64,000 nt of DNA from an uncultured Candidatus Actinomarina sp. (lineage in GTDB: Bacteria > Actinomycetota > Acidimicrobiia > Actinomarinales > Actinomarinaceae), in NCBI GenBank assembly GCA_902593475.1, contig CACJIM010000005.1:116-64115 (forward strand), written 5' to 3'. Numbering within the stretch: the stretch's first letter is position 1; every line of letters begins with the position of its first letter. A model generated the notes under the pieces. The model was not told the origin of the DNA. It saw only the letters and a list, made by a program, of their open reading frames with translations, and made no database searches. Both the position numbers and the translations under genes were made by a program. This document shows, in pieces, positions 17,601 through 24,933 of this stretch.

Positions 17601-19017
17601 CAGGTGTCATTCCTCTCAAATAATCAATAATTAGCTCAATATCAGATTGAGGAAGAACAGCTCCAAAACCTGGCATTTTTCCTCCACCAACACCGTTGAC
17701 TCCATACGCTTTACCATTTACAGAACCTTTAACAATAAAATCTATCAAGTCTTCCCTCTGCTTAAACTGGATATTGGCTCTACCTGCTCTTAGTGCAGGT
17801 CCCAAACCACCAGATGCTATCTCTTTAGTATATGCTACACCAGCAGAATAACCTGCTGTATGACATCTTGCACAGTAAGCGTTAAATAATCCAACTGCTC
17901 TTTTAGCTTTTTCTAGATCTCCATCAAAAGTTGAATCAGCAATTTCATCGAATGAAACTTCCCAAAGTTTTTCTTCCAATGCTTTTTCAAGAAATGCTAA
18001 ACCAGTTTCAGCCTCTTTGATAAATTTATCGTATCCCTCTGCAACAATTGTTATGTTGATTAATTCGGATTCAAGTTGTGATAAGTAACCGCTTGCAACA
18101 GATTTGTCTTTTCTTCCAGGGATAGATTCTTCGTTATCTGGGTCTAAATTTAATATAGAAGTTCCCAAAACTTCAGAAACGGTACTGCTGTAAGCTGATA
18201 ACTCTGTTTCAGTAGAGTCACTTAAACCGTCTTCATCTGTATCAATTCCACCTTCTTTGGAAAGTAGTGCTGAAACATCTTCTACTGCTTTTTGAACAAC
18301 AGGTAATTTTCCTGGTGCGTCTTTTACGCTTTGAATTAATTCTTTTTGCCTTGCAATTTCATTCTCAACTAATAGCTCAGATGTATCGAGTCTTGATAAT
18401 GAGCTATTGATATTCATTTCAATAGTTTGTAGCTCTTCTGATTGTGATATTTGAAAGTGATGCATGTACTCAATCAAGTCATCCAATTGTCCATCATTCA
18501 TTGGACCACCACCTTCTAATCCCCATGCAGGCATTGGTGAGTTTGCACGTCCATAAATTAACCAATAACGAACTTCTTCATCATCATATCTATAGAAAAC
18601 ATTGTTTATTGCAGGAGCAGTCCATGTAACATTTATTCCACTTCTCTTTTCAACATATGAAGCTGCACCACCAGATCCGTCAACACCATGGCAGTTACCA
18701 CATCCGAATTCTTCATATAGATGTTCTCCTCTTTCTACAGATACCTCATCAAATTCTTCTACAAAACCTTCTTGTCTTTCTTGTTCTCCAAGGTAATAAA
18801 GAGGAATCATGATAGTTAAAAGTGAAGCAATTAAAACTGCAACAGTTAGAGTTCTATCAAGTGTTTTTGTTTCTAAATCATCATCATTTCGATATTTTGA
18901 CAAGTTTGGTGCATAATCAGAGACTTTACCTGAGCCTCTAAAGCCTGCAGCAGTAAAAAATGCTAGAGCAGCAATTATCCCTAAAGCAATTAATGTAATT
19001 GAAAGTGAACTTGTCAT
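17593..19017 (-). CDS. Membrane-anchored diheme cytochrome c (QcrC-like) with long inter-domain insertion
   Basis: Two CxxCH motifs ('CGNCH', 'CARCH') with downstream Met-ligand motifs ('SPMPAWG', 'GKMPGFG'). Two N-terminal TM helices. Confidence 0.88.
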   Translation of the reverse strand: MTSSLSITLIALGIIAALAFFTAAGFRGSGKVSDYAPNLSKYRNDDDLETKTLDRTLTVAVLIASLLTIMIPLYYLGEQERQEGFVEEFDEVSVERGEHLYEEFGCGNCHGVDGSGGAASYVEKRSGINVTWTAPAINNVFYRYDDEEVRYWLIYGRANSPMPAWGLEGGGPMNDGQLDDLIEYMHHFQISQSEELQTIEMNINSSLSRLDTSELLVENEIARQKELIQSVKDAPGKLPVVQKAVEDVSALLSKEGGIDTDEDGLSDSTETELSAYSSTVSEVLGTSILNLDPDNEESIPGRKDKSVASGYLSQLESELINITIVAEGYDKFIKEAETGLAFLEKALEEKLWEVSFDEIADSTFDGDLEKAKRAVGLFNAYCARCHTAGYSAGVAYTKEIASGGLGPALRAGRANIQFKQREDLIDFIVKGSVNGKAYGVNGVGGGKMPGFGAVLPQSDIELIIDYLRGMTPDA

Positions 19018-19018
19018 A

Positions 19019-19882
19019 CTATTCCTCTGTAGTTAGAGCTATACAAGATAAACCTTGGGGATACTTCACTGACATACCTGGTGCTCGAGGTGATTCAATA
19101 ATTGTACCCGTGTCAATAACAAGTCTTCCATTTACATTGGCGACATTAAACCTATCAAGATTTCTTGGAGCTGGACCTGCAAAATATTCACCAACCATAT
19201 TATATTTTGAACCATGGCAAGGACATTCAAATCCTTGTGATGAGTTACACCATGGAACCCTACAGCCTAAGTGAACACATCTTTGATAAACAGCTACTAA
19301 ACCATCAGTAATTGTGGAGCCCGTCGCAAACTGAGAATTTGCCGCCGCAGCCGCGTCCAATGGAAGCACATAAGCTCTTGCTGCTGGAATAAAAGCTGGA
19401 ATAACGGAACCATCAGCTTGAAATATTTGACTCTTTATATCTTCAATCGGACCTGCATCAACTTTAGATCCAAAACCTCCAGAAACTTTTGGCCAAAAAA
19501 ATCCTAGCCATGCAATTGCTTGAATACCTGCAAAAGCACCGAATGAAATTCTTAGAGCTTTTGTTAAAAACTGTCTTCTAGTTATTCCTGCTTCCTCTTC
19601 GGAGATCTCTTCATAAATAACTTTTTCTTCAAGTTTTACAGCACCATCTGATTCAACAACTGGTTCATCAATTTCTTCAACAGTTGCTTCAGTTTCGCCT
19701 TTTGGCATCTCTGGTTCTAAAAAGTTGGTTTGAGATTTATCCTCTTTTAGAGCTTTTTTATCAAGATTTTTTTTCCAATTAAAACTTTTTGGACCTCTAC
19801 CAGTGACAATAACTACGATACCAACAATGCCTAAAAACCCAACCAAAGCAAAGGCTGCAAAAGATAATTCAACTATGCTCAT
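19019..19882 (-). CDS. Rieske [2Fe-2S] subunit of a quinol:cytochrome c oxidoreductase
   Basis: 'CVHLGCRV' plus 'CPCHGSKY' boxes. Internal twin-arginine motif 'TRRQFLTKAL' before TM2. I moved the start to Met at 19882, which gives an ATGA overlap with the upstream stop; the track start is 19897. Confidence 0.9.
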   Translation of the reverse strand: MSIVELSFAAFALVGFLGIVGIVVIVTGRGPKSFNWKKNLDKKALKEDKSQTNFLEPEMPKGETEATVEEIDEPVVESDGAVKLEEKVIYEEISEEEAGITRRQFLTKALRISFGAFAGIQAIAWLGFFWPKVSGGFGSKVDAGPIEDIKSQIFQADGSVIPAFIPAARAYVLPLDAAAAANSQFATGSTITDGLVAVYQRCVHLGCRVPWCNSSQGFECPCHGSKYNMVGEYFAGPAPRNLDRFNVANVNGRLVIDTGTIIESPRAPGMSVKYPQGLSCIALTTEE

Positions 19883-20685
19883 TCGAAATGAATCCAATCA
19901 AGCAAATCATCAAACCATATTCCATCAATCCAAGGATAAGTCCAGTTCCAGCCAGGACCTCTAAAAAGTACTCCAATAATAGTAAGTACACCAGCGCCAG
20001 CTAAGAAAAAGGTATAGAACATAATTGCAAATTTTCTTTTAGAAGGATGTGTTTCTGGGTTTCTGTCTATGTATGGGAAAGCCATCCATAGAACGACACC
20101 TAATACTAAAGGAATCATAACTCCGGCAATTTGAGGATCCCAATATGACAATAATTCCTGCAAGCCCAAAAAATACCAAGGTGCTTTTGCAGGGTTAGGT
20201 GTTACGTTTGGATTTGCTTCTTCAAGAAGAGGTGCTTGCAATATTGCTGATAGAAAAATTAAAAAAGCTGTCATTGCCATCAATGAAACAAATTCTGGAA
20301 GCATCAAATGCGGCCAAGTGTTAACTTTATCAACCGGCTCAGAAACTGATTTTTGAATTGGTTTTGCTTTTACAACAGTTAACAATCGTTGAGTTACCTT
20401 TACTTCAGGTGCAAAATCAACTTCTTCAGGAGTATCAGGTTCGGGAGCTTTTGCTGCTGGAGCTGGAGTCTCTGCTGCTGGAGCTGGAGTCTCTGCTGCT
20501 GGAGCTGGAGTCTCTGCTGCTGGAGCTGGAGTCTCATCAATAGTTTTTACCTCTGGCTCTTTAGAGATAACTGTTGGATCTGATTCACCTTTCATTTCAG
20601 CTAAAGCTTGTTCAACACTGATGCCCAAAGCTTTTGCTCTTGCCTCCGCAGATCTCTGCAACAAATGTTCTGGAATATCTACCAT
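19879..20685 (-). CDS. Cytochrome b C-terminal half (subunit IV-like) with N-terminal 'RSAEARA' module and (ETPAPAA)4 linker
   Basis: The C-terminal ~160 aa carry 3 TM and a Qo-loop box 'KAPWYFLGLQELL' at the PEWY position. The N-terminus is 'MVDIPEHLLQRSAEARAKALGISVEQALAEM'. Confidence 0.85.
   Translation of the reverse strand: MVDIPEHLLQRSAEARAKALGISVEQALAEMKGESDPTVISKEPEVKTIDETPAPAAETPAPAAETPAPAAETPAPAAKAPEPDTPEEVDFAPEVKVTQRLLTVVKAKPIQKSVSEPVDKVNTWPHLMLPEFVSLMAMTAFLIFLSAILQAPLLEEANPNVTPNPAKAPWYFLGLQELLSYWDPQIAGVMIPLVLGVVLWMAFPYIDRNPETHPSKRKFAIMFYTFFLAGAGVLTIIGVLFRGPGWNWTYPWIDGIWFDDLLDWIHFE
20453..20536 (-). repeat. Perfect 21-bp in-frame tandem repeat x4 (encodes ETPAPAA x4)
   Basis: The plus-strand unit gctgctggagctggagtctct occurs at 20453, 20474, 20495 and 20516. 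The last copy has 1 mismatch. Confidence 0.95.
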
Positions 20686-20691
20686 AAGTCT

Positions 20692-21465
20692 CTACAAAGG
20701 TCCTGAAATTCCGCCATCTTTTCTAACTCTCCAGAAATGGACAGCCATAAAGATAACAATAATAAATGGTAAGAAAAGTACATGAAGAACATAAAATCTT
20801 AACAGTGTAGCTGTAGTTGCCTCAAGTCCGGCAAACAATCCGAATTTGGCCTGAGCTCCAATAACGGGTGTGTAGCCAGCCATATTACCTCCAACAGTAA
20901 CAGCCCATATAGCCAGCTGGTCCCAGGGAAGAAGGTAGCCTGTAAATGACAACAATAGAGTTAGCAAAAGTAAAATTACTCCTATGACCCAGTTGAACTC
21001 TCTCGGTGCTTTATATGCTCCGTGATAAAAGACTCTAGACATATGAAGGAATACAACTAAAACCATAAGGTGTGCACCCCATCTATGCATATTTCTAACA
21101 AGCGAACCAAATGCGATACTGGTTTGTAAGGTCTGAATATCAACATATGCAAGTTCAGTTGGACGGAAATAAAACATTAGCCAAATCCCTGTAATTGTTA
21201 AGACGATGAAAAGAAAGAAGCTCAATCCACCCAGGCATAGAGTGTAAGATAGCCTAACGCCGTGTCTTTTAACTTTTACTGGATGGAGGTGGTACAAAAC
21301 ATTATTCATAACAACATACGACCTGTTTCTAGGACTATCTACATAACCTTTTCTAAAAGGAGATCCTGGTCGGAAAATACTGGACATTAATTTTCCACCT
21401 CTGAAACTATCACTAGCAGTAGCTCTTGCCTCTTTAATCCTGTCTCGAAGGGATAATTTTTGCAT
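20692..21465 (-). CDS. b6-type cytochrome b (four-helix N-terminal half)
   Basis: Heme-ligand pairs 'MHRWGAHLMVLVVFLH' (H-x13-H) and 'LHVLFLPFIIVIFMAVH' (H-x14-H). 'TLCLGG' sits at the position of the b6 'YCLGG' heme-ci cysteine. Confidence 0.9.
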   Translation of the reverse strand: MQKLSLRDRIKEARATASDSFRGGKLMSSIFRPGSPFRKGYVDSPRNRSYVVMNNVLYHLHPVKVKRHGVRLSYTLCLGGLSFFLFIVLTITGIWLMFYFRPTELAYVDIQTLQTSIAFGSLVRNMHRWGAHLMVLVVFLHMSRVFYHGAYKAPREFNWVIGVILLLLTLLLSFTGYLLPWDQLAIWAVTVGGNMAGYTPVIGAQAKFGLFAGLEATTATLLRFYVLHVLFLPFIIVIFMAVHFWRVRKDGGISGPL

Positions 21466-21474
21466 TATATAATT

Positions 21475-21921
21475 CTAAAGCCTTCCATATATATATCCGT
21501 GTCTGTCGTTTCTCTCACCTGAATCCTCATCCCACGGAGCTTTGTATACCCCGTTTTGAACAGCTTGATCTGCTAATGAGCCAGCAAACTTTCCGAGAGA
21601 AATTACTCCTGTTGGGCATCTATCTACACACAATGCACATCTAGTACAAGCTTCCTCATCCACGACAAAAAATCCTGGGGCTTCAGATTCATCTGGGGCC
21701 TCAACATTTATTGAGTCGTCAATTGCATCAACAGACAAATAATGAATACATTTCCAAGGACATATATCAACACACCCTTCACATAAAATACACTCTGCTT
21801 CATCTATATGTAAAAATTGTTTTGGACGGACACGAGAAGTAACTTTTTCTGTATCAACCATTGCAAGATTGTACTTCTTTTCAAACTCTGGCATCTCTAT
21901 TAAGACTTCTGATTTAGGCAT
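21475..21921 (-). CDS. 2x[4Fe-4S] ferredoxin-domain protein encoded inside the Rieske/cyt b operon
   Basis: 'CILCEGCVDICP' and 'CTRCALCVDRCP'. No TM segment. 8-nt overlap with the upstream gene and 9 nt before cyt b. Confidence 0.85.
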   Translation of the reverse strand: MPKSEVLIEMPEFEKKYNLAMVDTEKVTSRVRPKQFLHIDEAECILCEGCVDICPWKCIHYLSVDAIDDSINVEAPDESEAPGFFVVDEEACTRCALCVDRCPTGVISLGKFAGSLADQAVQNGVYKAPWDEDSGERNDRHGYIYGRL

Positions 21922-22507
21922 CTTGCTCCACCCTTACGACCTCTTTGCCGTAATCAGAAATTCTTGATTTAGAACTTTCTATTTTGTTATTTACGTCTTG
22001 AATTAAGTATGCGACAACCAAACCTGCGATTAAAAAGTTAGTTGAAATACCTAACTGTATGATGTCTTTTAACGCAGCAAGGCTTAGGCCAATTTCATTA
22101 TTTAAAAATAGTATTGGTGGAAACTGTATAAACTCTCTTTGACCTGTCCACTCTAAAGGTCCTTGTGCTAGGTTCAACCACTCAGATGGAACGATGCCTA
22201 AGAGAATTGACATTTCGATCCATGTTAGAAATGCGAAATAAGTAGCTTTTGCCCAAGTTAATTCCTTCTGATTCCATACCACCAGTACTAAACCAAGCAA
22301 AAGAATTTGACTAGCACCAAATGCTATAAGCTGACCAATAGATTGTGGTAACCACCCTCGTGGAATCCAGTTAAAATAATTTACTACTTCACCTTCAGAA
22401 AGACCAGCAAAATGAGCAATGATAACTCCAATGGTCATACCACCGAGCCCTGAAACAATTGAAACTAAACCTATTCTGTATCTAAATTTATAAATTGTAT
22501 AAATCAA
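21914..22507 (-). CDS. Polytopic membrane protein, first gene of the Rieske/cyt b operon
   Basis: 197 aa, about 4-5 TM. No family motif recognised. Confidence 0.55.
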   Translation of the reverse strand: MIYTIYKFRYRIGLVSIVSGLGGMTIGVIIAHFAGLSEGEVVNYFNWIPRGWLPQSIGQLIAFGASQILLLGLVLVVWNQKELTWAKATYFAFLTWIEMSILLGIVPSEWLNLAQGPLEWTGQREFIQFPPILFLNNEIGLSLAALKDIIQLGISTNFLIAGLVVAYLIQDVNNKIESSKSRISDYGKEVVRVEQDA

Positions 22508-22642
22508 ATTTCCTCAAACCTTACCTATATATAATATCGTAAGTTTGGATAAAAATATAAATTGAATTATTATCTTTTTTAAAAAATTTTCGTCAACACC
22601 AAGCTACATTTTTCCAATATAATAGTAAAGTCATATTGAATA

Positions 22643-24046
22643 TTGGCTAAATTGATGAAAATAAAGTTGTTTCCAAAAAACGAACAAGAACTTTCAAAAC
22701 TCTTTGTTTTGATTTTTCCACTTACCTTATTGCTATCACTTACTATTTCATTTTTAAAAAATGCGTACTTTACTTTTGCAAACCTTCTACCAAACAACTC
22801 AGTTTTTAACTATGGATTCCTAGACAGGCTCGACACACAGGCAGCGTTAGGTTTAGTTTTCGGTGCGTCACTTTGTTTGAGCTTTTCATATTTATTTTCA
22901 AAATCACTAGGTAGATCAATGGTATTATTTCCGCTTGTATTTTTAACTTTACTAGGTGTTGTTGGGACTGAATTTTTAGACATACTTGTAAACTTCTTTT
23001 TTCAAAACACAGCATACGATTTAGGCAATAGTTCCCTGCTCATTCTTTTAAAAATTCTGGTTGTATTTGGGTTATTTGGACTTGCCACTCTAAACCTACT
23101 TGCTAAAAAAGAAGCCTCAATTTTTGCAAGTGCACAATTTATATATGGTGCGGTAGTCTTTTACTTAATTTCATTGTTTATTGTTAGAGCAGAATTAAAT
23201 GTTTTTTCAGACATATTTTTGGTTAACTCTTTATATACAGGTACACATATATATGTTGGTGTTGCTTTCATATATATGGCAATAGTTCATTTTTTAATGA
23301 CTAGACCACTCCAGGCAGTATTATTCAACAAAACCCTTTCATCTATTACATTTTGGGGTTTTTTGTTCCTATTGCCTTGGACAAATTTTAAATATTATTA
23401 TGGCTCGGTACTTCCAAATTGGATTGAAAATATATCTATCTATCTCTCAATGAGTCTTGTTGTTCCTTTGTTAGCTTTCCTAGTTAATTACATCAAAACA
23501 ATTCAAACTAAGGAAGTTGATGGAGTAGGATCACTAAATCTGCTTAACTTTTCAGTAATCCTTTTTTCTATAACAACAATTTTTCATATGATTTCAAGTT
23601 TTGAAAACCTTCTTCCAATTTTAGGGATTACAAATTTTGTTAATGTTATTACCTATGGGCTCATTGGGTCTCTTGTGCTAGCAACAATATCTTTAAGCTA
23701 TTATTTAATACCTAAGTTATATGGAAGAGAAGTTGCTTACTCTAGACTTGAAGACATTACTTTTTTTGGTTTCAAAATATCATATCTTTTATTGTTGATT
23801 AACAATACTGTATTGGGTGTTAACTCAGGTTATTCATGGAATGCGGGAGCAAATGCAGGAAACCCAACAATTTATGGAGAAGGGTATGGTATCGTCTGGA
23901 GTCTTATAAGTTTTAATTTTTCTTTAAATACTTTCATCTCTCTACTTTTACTTGGTAGTGGTTTTCTATATTTAATTTCTGTTTTACGAGCAATCTCATC
24001 TGGTTCAATAACAACTGTTGAAGAAATGGTTTATAGCAATGATTGA
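22643..24046 (+). CDS. CcoN-like (heme-copper oxidase subunit I-like) polytopic membrane protein lacking the canonical metal-ligand histidines
   Basis: 467 aa with about 12 hydrophobic spans. 'LSYYLIPKLYGREVAYSRLEDITFFGF' and 'LSSITFWGFLFLLPW....LPNW' resemble CcoN helix VII and XI-XII motifs recalled from memory. Only 3 His in the whole protein. Followed by CcoO-like and cyt c genes. The track start is TTG; an ATG lies at 22655. Confidence 0.55.
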   Translation: MAKLMKIKLFPKNEQELSKLFVLIFPLTLLLSLTISFLKNAYFTFANLLPNNSVFNYGFLDRLDTQAALGLVFGASLCLSFSYLFSKSLGRSMVLFPLVFLTLLGVVGTEFLDILVNFFFQNTAYDLGNSSLLILLKILVVFGLFGLATLNLLAKKEASIFASAQFIYGAVVFYLISLFIVRAELNVFSDIFLVNSLYTGTHIYVGVAFIYMAIVHFLMTRPLQAVLFNKTLSSITFWGFLFLLPWTNFKYYYGSVLPNWIENISIYLSMSLVVPLLAFLVNYIKTIQTKEVDGVGSLNLLNFSVILFSITTIFHMISSFENLLPILGITNFVNVITYGLIGSLVLATISLSYYLIPKLYGREVAYSRLEDITFFGFKISYLLLLINNTVLGVNSGYSWNAGANAGNPTIYGEGYGIVWSLISFNFSLNTFISLLLLGSGFLYLISVLRAISSGSITTVEEMVYSND

Positions 24047-24135
24047 GGTGTTAGCAGAAATTTTTGAATTCATAGCTGGAGGCTGGTACACGAAGCGAAA
24101 AAAGAAACCTTTGGAAACTAATGAGGAGAACTCAA

Positions 24136-24933
24136 ATGAGTGATTTAGTAAATAAAGTAGCTGAATTATTAAATGCACCAGTTGATCTTGTTCAGAGGTC
24201 TGCAGAGGCAAGAGCGCAGGCATCAGGAAATTCTGTTGAAGAGGTATTAAGTTCTTGGGCTGGTGGCGAAAGTGTAGCTGCATCCGCTCCAAAAGAAGAA
24301 GCTCCTGTTGAAGAGGCTCCAAAAGAAGAAGCTCCTGTTGAAGAGGCTCCAGCTGCAGAAGTTGTAGAGGAGACTGTTGAGGAAGTAGTTGAAGAAACTG
24401 AAACCCAGGAGGTTGTTGAGGAAGTGGTTGAAGAAGTTGTTGAGCTAAAAAATGAAAGTGCTTTAAGTTTTATTTCAGGAGTTCTTTTAGTTGGTCTATT
24501 TACATTTCTATTCGCCTTTGTGATTCCAAAAAACCAAGCTACTGATATTGTTAGTGACTCTCTAAATAACAGCGTTAGTGCATCAAATGAAGTAATTAAG
24601 GGAGCTGAAGTATACGCAGAGTTGAATTGTCAATCCTGCCATACACAGAATGTTAGAACTCTCATTCCAGACACTCAAAATGGTAAAGTTCTAAAAAATA
24701 AATTTGCAAATGAAACGTTAATTAATAATGTTGGAAATATAAGACTTGGACCAGATCTTTCCACCAGCGCAACACGTGAACCAACAAACAATAGTCAATG
24801 GTTAACTCGATACCTATCAGACTCAACATCTGTCAATAGGGATATACCTCATCCAAGTTATGACTTTCTAGATGATGACGATTTGGAATATCTCGTAACT
24901 TATTTACTATCATTAGGAGAATCAAATGAGTGA
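24136..24933 (+). CDS. CcoO-like membrane-anchored monoheme cytochrome c with N-terminal 'RSAEARA' module
   Basis: 'CQSCHTQNVR', 'RLGPDLS' and 'PSYDFL' match FixO/CcoO hallmarks. Start moved to 24136 (MSDLVNKV..) by identity with the paralog start, with AGGAGAA 5-6 nt upstream in both. Confidence 0.75.
   Translation: MSDLVNKVAELLNAPVDLVQRSAEARAQASGNSVEEVLSSWAGGESVAASAPKEEAPVEEAPKEEAPVEEAPAAEVVEETVEEVVEETETQEVVEEVVEEVVELKNESALSFISGVLLVGLFTFLFAFVIPKNQATDIVSDSLNNSVSASNEVIKGAEVYAELNCQSCHTQNVRTLIPDTQNGKVLKNKFANETLINNVGNIRLGPDLSTSATREPTNNSQWLTRYLSDSTSVNRDIPHPSYDFLDDDDLEYLVTYLLSLGESNE
24286..24345 (+). repeat. Perfect 30-bp in-frame tandem repeat x2 (APKEEAPVEE x2)
   Basis: gctccaaaagaagaagctcctgttgaagag occurs at 24286..24315 and again at 24316..24345. 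Confidence 0.95.

Noticed and set aside
20358-20583. Plus-strand ORFs with 'LLLELES' / 'CCWSWSL' periodicity, which could look like a repeat array or CRISPR-like feature.
   Set aside because: They are antisense translations of the 21-bp in-frame coding repeat (ETPAPAA x4). The units are contiguous with no spacers and no cas genes are present.
24048-24143. 31-aa ORF (MLAEIFEFIAGGWYTKRKKKPLETNEENSNE) between the CcoN-like and CcoO-like genes. Its 'W.Y..KRKK' resembles the post-TM motif of CcoQ/FixQ.
   Set aside because: The hydrophobic stretch is too short and contains two Glu, so it cannot span a membrane. Lys-rich tails arise easily in AT-rich DNA. The shared stop is a by-product of the duplicated RBS region. 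It is worth a glance only if orthologs keep the frame.
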